Below are positions 46,222 to 54,573 of a stretch of 64,000 nucleotides of DNA, piece after piece; the stretch's first letter is position 1, and the number at the start of each line of letters is the position of its first letter. The notes under the pieces are model-generated. The model did not search any database and was not told where the DNA came from. It saw only the letters and a program-made list of their open reading frames with translations. The stretch comes from Vicinamibacterales bacterium. Its GTDB lineage: Bacteria; Acidobacteriota; Vicinamibacteria; Vicinamibacterales; SCN-69-37. The position numbers were made by a program, and so were the translations under genes. The DNA lies in the NCBI GenBank assembly GCA_030827135.1, contig JAURFE010000005.1:66257-130256 (forward strand), in the 5' to 3' direction.

Positions 46222-46270
46222 AGTCGTCCCCGATCGTATGCGCCACCATCCGGACCGTCAAGGTCGCACA

Positions 46271-46284
46271 TGCAGTATAGTGCG
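46271..46284. promoter_or_regulatory. TGCA-N6-TGCG motif in the boxC/boxR divergent region (candidate BoxR operator)
   Basis: tgcagtatagtgcg, embedded in gcaca...gtgcgc. Confidence 0.35.
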
Positions 46285-46295
46285 CTTGGCGGATT

Positions 46296-46327
46296 GGCAG
46301 TTGGGCGACTGGGCGACTGGGCAGATG
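46296..46327. repeat. tandem 8-mers GGCRNYTG x4 in the box promoter region
   Basis: ggcagttg ggcgactg ggcgactg ggcagatg. Confidence 0.85.
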
Positions 46328-46362
46328 GCCGTTCGCCAACCCGCACACCTGCACATCAACTC

Positions 46363-46376
46363 AGCATTATAATGCT
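46363..46376. promoter_or_regulatory. perfect 14-bp palindrome AGCATTATAATGCT overlapping the boxR start codon
   Basis: Self-complementary on inspection. It has a 4-6-4 architecture like TGCA-N6-TGCA and contains TATAAT and the ATG at 46372. Confidence 0.4.
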
Positions 46377-47106
46377 CGACGTGTCTGCTCTCCTCGCCGA
46401 CCTCGGCCATCGCGTCCGCGCGCATCGCACCCGCGGCGGGATGACGGTGCGCGAGTTGGCGATGGCGGCGGACTTGTCCACGCGGTTTCTGTCGGAAGTG
46501 GAGGCGGGGCGAGGGAACATTTCGGTCAGCCGGCTGGCGATGCTTGCACAGGCGCTGGGCGTTGACATCACCACATTGCTCGCGCCGGATGAACGCACCG
46601 GCACGCGGTCGATCGCACTGCTGGGCCTCCGGGGCGCAGGCAAGACCACGATCGGACGCCGTCTCGCCCGCCGCCTGAAACTGCCCTTCGTCGAACTCGA
46701 CACCCACATTGCCGCGCGAGCCGGCATGGCGCTCGGCGAAGTCTTTTCCCTCTACGGCGAGGACTACTACCGCCAGATCGAGCGTGCGGCGCTGACCGAC
46801 GTCCTCGGCGACTCGACCCCCAAGGTCATCGCCACCGGCGGCGGCCTGGTGACCGCCGGCGAGACCTTTGCCCTCCTGCAGCGCCACGCCACCACCGTCT
46901 GGCTCAAAGCCCGGTCCACCGACTACTGGAATCGGGTCGTCAAACAAGGCGACCGCCGCCCGACCGACCATCCCCAGGCCCGCGAGGCCCTCCGCGACCT
47001 GGTCTCCCGGCGCGATCCCCTCTATCGCCAGGCCGACTTGACCATTGACACCTCAGGCCTCACCATCGCCCAGACCGTGGACCGCGTCGCCCGTGCACTC
47101 GACTAA
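46372..47106 (+). CDS. boxR: BzdR/BoxR-type regulator: XRE helix-turn-helix fused to a shikimate-kinase-like domain
   Basis: MTVRELAMAADLSTRFLSEVEAGRGNISVSRLAMLAQALG (HTH_XRE), then P-loop LGLRGAGKTTIGRRLA and a shikimate-kinase-like remainder. Divergent from boxC. Confidence 0.8.
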   Translation: MLDVSALLADLGHRVRAHRTRGGMTVRELAMAADLSTRFLSEVEAGRGNISVSRLAMLAQALGVDITTLLAPDERTGTRSIALLGLRGAGKTTIGRRLARRLKLPFVELDTHIAARAGMALGEVFSLYGEDYYRQIERAALTDVLGDSTPKVIATGGGLVTAGETFALLQRHATTVWLKARSTDYWNRVVKQGDRRPTDHPQAREALRDLVSRRDPLYRQADLTIDTSGLTIAQTVDRVARALD

Positions 47107-47182
47107 GCAAAAGCCGGGTCGAAGTCGTATTCAGTCGCGGTAGAAACCGTTCCCAGCCCAGGGAATGAAGGAGCGCCCGTAT

Positions 47183-50100
47183 ATGACTGATTGCCTCTCC
47201 CGATTCCGACGACATCTTGTGATGGCGGCCGGTATTACCGCCCTGCTTTCCCCGTTTGCCGGCGACCTCGTCGCGCAGTCGGTTGGCACCCAGGCAGCGC
47301 CCCCATCCGGGATGCTGCTGAACGCGCCCACCGACCCCCGCCTGAAGGGCTTCCGCTGGCGCTCGGTCGGACCGACCGGCCAGGGTGGCCGCATCGATGA
47401 CCTCGCGGTCGTGGAATCCGATCCCAGCACCTTCTACATCGGCTACGCCGTCAGCGGTCTCTGGAAGACCGTCAACAACGGCGTGACCTACGAGCACCTG
47501 ACGGCGCTCCCGAACCATTCCGTCGGTGACCTCGCCATCGCGCCGACCAATCCCGACATCCTCTACGTCGGCAGCGGCGAACCAAACAACCGGCAGAGTT
47601 CGTCCTTCGGCGACGGCATGTACAAGTCCACCGACGGCGGCAAGACATTCACCCACATCGGCCTGCGCGAAACGCAGTCGATTGGCCGCGTCATCATCCA
47701 CCCGAAGAACCCGAACATCGTGTGGGTCGCGGCGGTGGGCCACCTCTTCGGACCGAATGAGGAGCGCGGCGTCTTCATGACCACCGACGGCGGCGCCACC
47801 TGGCAGAAGACCCTCTACATCAACCAGGACGTCGGCGCGACCGACCTGGTCATCGACCCGTCGAATCCGAACGTGCTCTTCGCCGCAACCTACGAGCGTC
47901 GGCGCACGTCGTGGGGCTTCGTCGGTGGGGGGCCCGGCTCGGGCATCCATCAGTCGACCGACGGCGGCAAGACCTGGCGCAAGGTGTCGGGCGGCGGACT
48001 GCCAAACGGCACGATGGGCCGCATCGGCATGGACTTCTCACGCTCGAACCCGAATGTGCTCTACGCGCAGATTGAAGTCGCGATGGACAAGGAACCGGCA
48101 GCGCCGGCTGGTGCCGCCCCGGCCGCAGCGCCCGCAGGTCCTCCGGCAGGCGGCGGTGGAGGTGGTGGACGTCAGGGCGGCGCAGTCCTTCCGCCGAACC
48201 CGCAGCTGGCCGGCATCTGGCGTTCGGCCGACAAGGGCAAGACCTGGACGTTCATGTCGAACGAAAACCAGCGCCCGATGTACTACTCCCAGATTCGCGT
48301 GGATCCAAACGCGCCTGACACCATCTATGTGGGCGGCGTGAACCCGCGCAAGTCACTCGACGGCGGCAAGACGTGGATCAACCTCAACGGCATGGGGCAC
48401 GTCGACAACCACGCGATCTGGATCAACCCGCGCAACAGCAAACATGTGATGTACGGCAACGACGGCGGCCTCGACATCAGCTGGGACGCCGGCGAGACGT
48501 GGGAATCCGTCCGTCTCCAGGCTGTTGGTCTCCCCTACCACGTCTCTGTGGACATGCGTCGCCCCTACTGGATCTGCACCGGGTTGCAGGACAACGGATC
48601 GTGGTGTGGGCCGAGCGCGCAGCGATCGGGCGGCATCTACATGTGGAACTGGATCAGCGTCGGCGGTGGCGACGGCTTCCAGACCCAGGTCGATCCGAAT
48701 GACCCGAACATCTTCTACACCGAGTCGCAGAACGGCAATATCAACCGCTACGACCTGAACACCGGAACCACGCAGAACATCCGTCCCCGTCTCGCGGGTG
48801 GCGGCGGGCGTGGTGGTGCGGCCGGCGGCCCCGGCGGCCCCGGCGGCGCCGGCACCTCCAACATCGTCGGCGACCTGCCCGAGGAACAGACGATGCAGTT
48901 CAACTGGAACTCGCCAATCCGCATCTCGCCGCACAACCCGCAGACGATCCTGTTTGCCGGCCGTCACGTGTTTGTGTCGCGCGACCGGGGCAACACGTGG
49001 ACGATGACGCAGCCGATGGGCAAGGGCATCGACGTCAACCAGCGCAACATCATGGAGCAGTCATACAGCCTGCCGTCGTGTGGACGCGGATCCGGCCCCG
49101 GCGAAAAGTGCATCCTCTCGAAGCACGACGGCTACGTGCAGAACGAGTTCGGCACGGTGACCGAGCTTGAAGAATCCGCAGTCGTGCCGGGCATTCTCTG
49201 GGCGGGCACCGACGACGGCAACCTGCAGGTGTCGCGTGACTACGGCAAGACGTGGACCGAGGTCGGCAAGAACATCCCCGGCGGCACACGCGAGTACCAC
49301 ATCTCGGGCGTGCAGCCGTCGCACTTCGACGCGGCCACCGCGTATGTGTCGCTCGACGGTCACCGCAACAACGACCACACGCCCTACGTGTTCAAGACGA
49401 CCGACTACGGACAGACGTGGACGTCGATTGCGGGCGATCTGCCGCGCGGCAACGTGAACCAGATTCGGCAGGATCCCAAGGCGAAGTCGCTGCTCTACGC
49501 CCCGGCCGAATACGGGTTCTACATCTCGCTGAACGAAGGCACAAACTGGATCAAGTTCTCGCCCGGTCTCCCGAATGGCCGCGTGGACGAAGTCGTCGTG
49601 CATCCGCGCGACAACGACCTCGTACTCGGCACACACGGCTACAGCGTGTGGGTGATGGACGACATCACCGCGTTGCAGCAACTCGCCAACGAGGCGCCAA
49701 CGGCGCCGAAGCTCTTCCAGCCGCGCGAAGCCGTGCAGTGGAAGACCGACCGTCGCAACATGACGGAAGTGCCCGGTGCGAAGCACTGGGTCGGCGAGAA
49801 CATGCCGCGTGGCACGGCGATCTCCTGGTACCTCCCCCAGGCCACGACCGACCAGGTGCTCGTGAAGATCACGAACACCGCGACCGGCACCGATGTGCGC
49901 ACGTGTGTGGGCACCGGTGATGCGGGCATGAACCGCTTCCAGTGGGCGCTCACCGGCAACCTGCCCGCGGGGGGCGGTGCCGGCGGACGACAGGGCGGCG
50001 GCCAGGCCGCGCAGGCGCCTGCGACTCCGGCCGGGCCGGGTCCGTGTGCGGCGCCTGCTGCCGGCGGCGGCCGCGGCGGCGGTGGTGGCTTCGGTGGCGG

Positions 50101-50212
50101 CGGCGGTGGCATCGGCCCCGGCGTCTACAAGGTCTCGCTCTCGATCGCCGGCAAGGAGATCGGGACGCAGACGTTCAGCATCATCGAAGACATCTGGTTG
50201 AACCAGAAGTAA
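47183..50212 (+). CDS. secreted BNR/Asp-box (VPS10/sortilin-like) protein, paralog of 36427-39096, with Gly-rich insertions
   Basis: Asp-boxes YKSTDGGKTFTHI, MTTDGGATWQKT, HQSTDGGKTWRKV, RSADKGKTWTF, KSLDGGKTWINL, SRDRGNTWTM, SRDYGKTWTEV, KTTDYGQTWTSI. AAGGAG lies 9 nt before ATG 47183. Confidence 0.85.
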   Translation: MTDCLSRFRRHLVMAAGITALLSPFAGDLVAQSVGTQAAPPSGMLLNAPTDPRLKGFRWRSVGPTGQGGRIDDLAVVESDPSTFYIGYAVSGLWKTVNNGVTYEHLTALPNHSVGDLAIAPTNPDILYVGSGEPNNRQSSSFGDGMYKSTDGGKTFTHIGLRETQSIGRVIIHPKNPNIVWVAAVGHLFGPNEERGVFMTTDGGATWQKTLYINQDVGATDLVIDPSNPNVLFAATYERRRTSWGFVGGGPGSGIHQSTDGGKTWRKVSGGGLPNGTMGRIGMDFSRSNPNVLYAQIEVAMDKEPAAPAGAAPAAAPAGPPAGGGGGGGRQGGAVLPPNPQLAGIWRSADKGKTWTFMSNENQRPMYYSQIRVDPNAPDTIYVGGVNPRKSLDGGKTWINLNGMGHVDNHAIWINPRNSKHVMYGNDGGLDISWDAGETWESVRLQAVGLPYHVSVDMRRPYWICTGLQDNGSWCGPSAQRSGGIYMWNWISVGGGDGFQTQVDPNDPNIFYTESQNGNINRYDLNTGTTQNIRPRLAGGGGRGGAAGGPGGPGGAGTSNIVGDLPEEQTMQFNWNSPIRISPHNPQTILFAGRHVFVSRDRGNTWTMTQPMGKGIDVNQRNIMEQSYSLPSCGRGSGPGEKCILSKHDGYVQNEFGTVTELEESAVVPGILWAGTDDGNLQVSRDYGKTWTEVGKNIPGGTREYHISGVQPSHFDAATAYVSLDGHRNNDHTPYVFKTTDYGQTWTSIAGDLPRGNVNQIRQDPKAKSLLYAPAEYGFYISLNEGTNWIKFSPGLPNGRVDEVVVHPRDNDLVLGTHGYSVWVMDDITALQQLANEAPTAPKLFQPREAVQWKTDRRNMTEVPGAKHWVGENMPRGTAISWYLPQATTDQVLVKITNTATGTDVRTCVGTGDAGMNRFQWALTGNLPAGGGAGGRQGGGQAAQAPATPAGPGPCAAPAAGGGRGGGGGFGGGGGGIGPGVYKVSLSIAGKEIGTQTFSIIEDIWLNQK

Positions 50213-50213
50213 T

Positions 50214-50237
50214 CGGGGTTCCGGGGTTCCGGAGTGC
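50214..50237. repeat. tandem CGGGGTTC x2 (+1 degenerate)
   Basis: cggggttccggggttccggagtgc, immediately after stop 50210-50212. Confidence 0.8.
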
Positions 50238-50250
50238 CGAAGTTCGCAGG

Positions 50251-50289
50251 GCCGGCTGGTGCGCAAGCATCAGCCGGCTCTTTTTTCTT
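50251..50289 (+). terminator. Rho-independent terminator
   Basis: Stem gccggctg (50251-58) pairs with cagccggc (50271-78), followed by tcttttttctt. Confidence 0.8.
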
Positions 50290-50330
50290 GCGCGACGAGA
50301 CTTCGGAACTTCGAGATACGATCCCCACTC

Positions 50331-51350
50331 ATGTCCGCCCCCGAACCTGTCGTTCCAGTCTTTGCGACGTTTACAGGCCGGGGATCGGAGTACTTCCGCA
50401 TCTGGGCGGTGAACGTGGTGCTGACGGTGGTGACGCTGGGCACCTACTCGGCATGGGCCAAAGTCCGGCGCACGCAGTATTTCTACCGGCACACACAGAT
50501 CGCCGGGTCGAGCTTCGACTATCGCGGACGACCTGTGGCGATCCTCAAAGGGCGGATCGTCGCGGCCGGGCTGTTGTGGCTGTACTCGCTTGTCGGGTAC
50601 GTCAGCTGGCACATCGCCATCGCGATCCTTGCCGCGTTGGCGGCGGTGTTGCCCTGGCTCCTCGGCCAGTCCATCCGCTTCCGCATGGCGAACACACGCT
50701 GGCGCGGGCTGGCTTTCGGCTTCCATGGCTCGGTCGCGGAGGCGTATCGCGTGTTTCTCTTCTGGCCTCTCGCGACACTGGTGTCGCTGTCCTTGTTGTT
50801 CCCGCTGTGGAAGCAGCGCATCGCGGCCTTTCAGTTCGGCAACACCTCATTCGGCAGTCACCGGGCTCGCTGCACGGTCGACGCCGGTCCGTTCTACGCC
50901 GCCTACGTCCAGGTCTTCGTCCTCATGGCTGGACTCGTGGTGGCGGCGACGGCCCTGGCCTTCGGCGTAGGCGCGCAACTCGGGCCGTCAGCCGGTCTCA
51001 CGGCTTTCCTGATCCTGTATGCCCTGAGCTGGGTGGGGCTCTCGGGATTCCTCGCGGCACGCATCCAGGAGGCGACGTGGAGCGCGACCCGCATCGGGAC
51101 GCACCGGGTCTCCCTGCGGATGGACGGCCGGCGCCTGTCGTGGATCCAGCTGACCAATCTCCTGCTCACGATCGGCACTCTGGGCTTCTACCGCCCGTTT
51201 GCGCAGGTCCGCGTTGCCGCGTATTACGCGGCGTGTCTCGAACTCGCCCCAGGCACACCGCTCAACGACATCGCGCGCGCTGACGTGGCCGAATCTGGAG
51301 CAGCCGGTGATGCGACGATGGACCTCTTCAACCTGGACGTGACGTTGTGA
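50331..51350 (+). CDS. DUF898 (YjgN) family multi-pass membrane protein
   Basis: FTGRGSEYFRIWAVNVVLTVVTLGTYSAWAKVRRTQYFYRHT and a second repeat ending LTIGTLGFYRPFAQVRVAAYY. ATG at 50331. Confidence 0.8.
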   Translation: MSAPEPVVPVFATFTGRGSEYFRIWAVNVVLTVVTLGTYSAWAKVRRTQYFYRHTQIAGSSFDYRGRPVAILKGRIVAAGLLWLYSLVGYVSWHIAIAILAALAAVLPWLLGQSIRFRMANTRWRGLAFGFHGSVAEAYRVFLFWPLATLVSLSLLFPLWKQRIAAFQFGNTSFGSHRARCTVDAGPFYAAYVQVFVLMAGLVVAATALAFGVGAQLGPSAGLTAFLILYALSWVGLSGFLAARIQEATWSATRIGTHRVSLRMDGRRLSWIQLTNLLLTIGTLGFYRPFAQVRVAAYYAACLELAPGTPLNDIARADVAESGAAGDATMDLFNLDVTL

Positions 51351-52333
51351 TGCACGCGACGTGGTTTGATGGCCAGACGGCCACGCCTCATGAGGCCACC
51401 CTCAGCATTGCGCACCATCGCGTGCGGATACACACCGCACACGGTTCGTTCGAGTGGGCGCTGAGTAAGGTGCACCTCACACCCGAACTGGGGACAGCGC
51501 CCAGATGGATGTATTGCCCTGACGGCGGGGCGTGCCAGATCACGGACGTCGCCGCCTTGCGCGCCGCGCTCACGGCAACAGGCCAACCGGTGAGTGTGGT
51601 GACGCAGTGGCACGACGACATGCGCCTGGTCCTCGGCGCAATCGGGGCCTTGATCGCGGTCGTGGTCACGGCCTACCTGTTCCTGCTGCCTCCCGCTGCG
51701 GATGCCCTGGCGCGCCGCCTGCCTGACTCGGCGCTGGACATCCCCAGTCAGACCGCCGCACTGTGGCTCGAGGAGCAGATCTTTGAACCCACCCAACTCA
51801 CTCCACAGCGCATCATCGAATTGCAGGCGCTGCTGAACAGCCTTGAGCTGCCGGACGTTCCCGATCGCCGTCCCATTCGCCTCGAATTCCGACGCAGCGC
51901 ACAACTCGGCCCAAATGCGATCGCACTGCCGTCAGGGTTGATCGTGATGACCGACGAACTCGTGGCGCTGTCGACCGATGACCGCGCGCTGCTCGGCATC
52001 CTCGCCCATGAAGCCGGTCACATCGAGGGACGACACGGCCTGCGGCAACTCATCAAGGATTCGACAGTGGGCCTGATCATCGCGGGGTTGCTCGGTGACG
52101 TGAACGGCGCCCTGCTGATTGCGCCAACCGCTTTTCTCAAGACGCGCCACTCCCGCCAGTTCGAAGAAGAAGCCGACGCGTTCGCGATTGACGTGCTCAC
52201 GAAGATGGGCATCCCCACCGCGCCGATGGCCGACCTGCTGGCCGCCATGCCCAGCACCGGCCAAACCCCCGGCTATCTCTCCACGCACCCACCGACGCCG
52301 GAGAGGGTTCAGAGGCTAAAGCATAGGCAATGA
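51347..52333 (+). CDS. M48 family zinc metallopeptidase with N-terminal extra domain and TM helix
   Basis: HEAGHIEGRH (HExxH) and downstream EEEAD. The start overlaps the DUF898 stop (GTGATG). Confidence 0.85.
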   Translation: MMHATWFDGQTATPHEATLSIAHHRVRIHTAHGSFEWALSKVHLTPELGTAPRWMYCPDGGACQITDVAALRAALTATGQPVSVVTQWHDDMRLVLGAIGALIAVVVTAYLFLLPPAADALARRLPDSALDIPSQTAALWLEEQIFEPTQLTPQRIIELQALLNSLELPDVPDRRPIRLEFRRSAQLGPNAIALPSGLIVMTDELVALSTDDRALLGILAHEAGHIEGRHGLRQLIKDSTVGLIIAGLLGDVNGALLIAPTAFLKTRHSRQFEEEADAFAIDVLTKMGIPTAPMADLLAAMPSTGQTPGYLSTHPPTPERVQRLKHRQ

Positions 52334-52492
52334 GGCAATGAGGCAATGAGGCAATGGGGCAATGGGGCAATGGAATTGCCCCAATGGCTCAATGGGCGAA
52401 TGCAATTCCGGCAATTCTGATAATTGAATTGAAGCATTGCGGAATTGCCCCATTCCATTGCCTCATTGCCCCATTGCCCCATTGCCTCATTC
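52326..52492. repeat. GGCAATGR-family palindromic array (largest copy)
   Basis: Six units at 52326-52373 and complementary units at 52455-52491. The centre is AT-richer. Lies between convergent genes. Confidence 0.95.
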
Positions 52493-52493
52493 T

Positions 52494-53201
52494 CTAAATG
52501 GCCGTTTCCCCCGGCTGCAGTTCGAGCACCTCGATATCGGTGCCCTTCAGGTGCTCCTTGAGCATCGCGGGAGTACCGGTCAGCAGCGGAAACGTGCCCC
52601 AATGCATGGGCACGACCTGGCGGACGCGAAGCCACTGCGCTGCGATCGCGGCAGTGTCGGGCCCCATCGTGTAGTGATCGCCGATCGGCAGAAACGCGAT
52701 CTCGGGCTTGTACAGATCCGCGATGATCTTCATGTCCCCGAATAGCGCCGTGTCGCCGGCGTAGTAGATCGTCGGCATCCCTGGCTGACGCAGCACAAAC
52801 CCGGCTGCTCCGCCGAGGTACACGATCTGGTTCCCGTCGGTGTGACTCCCCGAGTGCACCGCATTCGTCATCGTCACCCGCACTCCCGCCACCTCCTGGG
52901 TGCCGCCGATGCCCATGTCGCGCACATCCTTGAGCCCCTTTGCTCCGAGGTACTGCCCCACTTCGTAGAGGCAGACGACCGGCGCGCCGGACTCGCGGGC
53001 GACCTGGACGGTGTCCCCGAGGTGGTCCCCATGCCCGTGCGACAGCAGAATCAGGTCCAGCGGCTGCACCGACGCGGCCTTCGCCCACTCCGCAGGACAC
53101 GACGGATTGCCCAGCCACGGGTCACACACAATGCGCGTGCCAACGGGGGTTTTCAGGAGGAATGCCGAGTGACCGAGCCACGTGATACCAAGTCCGGACA
53201 T
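52494..53201 (-). CDS. metallo-beta-lactamase-fold hydrolase (UPF0173-like)
   Basis: ITWLGHSAFLL and LLSHGHGDH (HxHxDH); 235 aa. Confidence 0.85.
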   Translation of the reverse strand: MSGLGITWLGHSAFLLKTPVGTRIVCDPWLGNPSCPAEWAKAASVQPLDLILLSHGHGDHLGDTVQVARESGAPVVCLYEVGQYLGAKGLKDVRDMGIGGTQEVAGVRVTMTNAVHSGSHTDGNQIVYLGGAAGFVLRQPGMPTIYYAGDTALFGDMKIIADLYKPEIAFLPIGDHYTMGPDTAAIAAQWLRVRQVVPMHWGTFPLLTGTPAMLKEHLKGTDIEVLELQPGETAI

Positions 53202-53227
53202 TCGGAAAGTATACTTACCTGGAACCC

Positions 53228-53338
53228 GGGTTCATCGGTTCATCGGTTCATGGTTCAGCGGTGCTGAACCCGGCACCACAAACCCGGCACCAAGAACCAA
53301 GAACAGAACCATGAACCCTGAACCGATGAACCATGAAC
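53228..53338. repeat. GGTTCAT-family array (degenerate) in a divergent intergenic region
   Basis: gggttcatcggttcatcggttcatggttcagcggtgctgaacc ... gaaccatgaaccctgaaccgatgaaccatgaac. Confidence 0.9.
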
Positions 53339-53349
53339 AGCCGTAAGAG

Positions 53350-54273
53350 ATGCCCACTTTCGATTTACCCCTGATCCGCGGTCGCCACCAGCGGCAGACG
53401 CCCCTGGCCAAAGAACAAAAGCCGGAGTGGCTGAAAGTCCGGGCACCGGGCTCTGAGAACTACGTGCGGATCAAGGGCCTGATGCGCGACATGGGCCTGC
53501 ACACCGTGTGTGAAGAGGCGCATTGCCCGAATATCGGGGAGTGCTGGCATCACGGCACGGCGACGTTCATGATCATGGGCGACACATGCACGCGCGCGTG
53601 CACGTACTGCAACGTCAACCACGGGACGCCCGAGAAGCTCGACGCCGACGAACCGCACAAACTCGCGCACGCGGTGGACACGATGGCACTCGAATACGTC
53701 GTCGTCACATCCGTCGACCGCGACGACCTCCCCGACTTCGGCGCCGGACACTTTGCTGAAACGATCCTCGCGATCCACGCCAAGCGCCCCGCCTGTCAGG
53801 TTGAAGTGTTGATTCCCGACTTCCAGGGGCAGGAAGGGCCGCTCCGCACCGTGCTTGAGGCCAGGCCGAACATCCTCAACCACAACATGGAGACCGTGCC
53901 GCGCCTCTATCGCGTCGCGCGCCCAGGCGGCAAATACGATCGCGCGCTCGAACTGCTCGACCGCGCCCGTCGATGGGCGCCATCAATCCCCACCAAGACC
54001 GGTCTGATGGTCGGCCTCGGCGAAACGTTCGATGAAGTTGTAGACGTCCTCAAGGACCTGCGCAAGATCGACACGCAGATCCTGACGATCGGCCAGTATC
54101 TGCGTCCCTCACTCGCTCACATCCCGATGGACCGTTATTACACGCCCGACGAGTTCAAGGAATTCAAGCGCATCGCCCTCGACCTCGGCTTCGGCCATGT
54201 CGAGTCCGGCCCCCTCGTGCGCTCGTCGTACCACGCGCACGAACAGACAAAATCGTTTGAAGCCAAGCAGTAG
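53350..54273 (+). CDS. lipA: lipoyl synthase
   Basis: CEEAHCPNIGECW (auxiliary cluster) and CTRACTYCNV (radical-SAM CxxxCxxC); 307 aa. Confidence 0.95.
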   Translation: MPTFDLPLIRGRHQRQTPLAKEQKPEWLKVRAPGSENYVRIKGLMRDMGLHTVCEEAHCPNIGECWHHGTATFMIMGDTCTRACTYCNVNHGTPEKLDADEPHKLAHAVDTMALEYVVVTSVDRDDLPDFGAGHFAETILAIHAKRPACQVEVLIPDFQGQEGPLRTVLEARPNILNHNMETVPRLYRVARPGGKYDRALELLDRARRWAPSIPTKTGLMVGLGETFDEVVDVLKDLRKIDTQILTIGQYLRPSLAHIPMDRYYTPDEFKEFKRIALDLGFGHVESGPLVRSSYHAHEQTKSFEAKQ

Positions 54274-54349
54274 GGCGCGCTGGTCTTGAGCGCGACTCGC
54301 CCCAGCCGACGATGGTATCGTCGTCGTCTTACCGGGCGGGGTGCGGAAC

Positions 54350-54544
54350 ATGAAGGAAATCCTTGATCGGCTCGATCGGATGGATGCGGGCTTCCAGAAG
54401 CAGGGCGTGCAGTTGGAGGCGTTGCAGGACGACGTGAAACAGGCACTGGAAGGTATTTCCGGCAACCGGAAGGTCCTGGATGACAAGTTCGCCGAGGTGC
54501 TGCAGAAGCTCGACGAGCGCGTGAAGCCGAAGAAGCGGGCCTGA
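54350..54544 (+). CDS. small coiled-coil hypothetical protein
   Basis: MKEILDRLDRMDAGFQKQGVQLEALQDDVKQALEG...KPKKRA. High GC3. A GTG at 54341 is also possible. Confidence 0.5.
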   Translation: MKEILDRLDRMDAGFQKQGVQLEALQDDVKQALEGISGNRKVLDDKFAEVLQKLDERVKPKKRA

Positions 54545-54573
54545 ATTGCCCTGACCGGTAGAATGGTCCCGAT

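Noticed and set aside
45838-47106. 422-aa version of the boxR ORF
   Set aside because: The first 178 codons are antisense to boxC. The HTH domain begins right after the ATG at 46372.
52309-53118. ORFs running through repeat arrays (for example 52309-53118, 14420-14641, 14479-14823, 20982-21423)
   Set aside because: Their apparent coding sequence is repeat DNA (peptides such as MGQWGNEAMEWGN or HCLIPLPHCLIAPLPH) or is antisense to real genes. They show no independent support.
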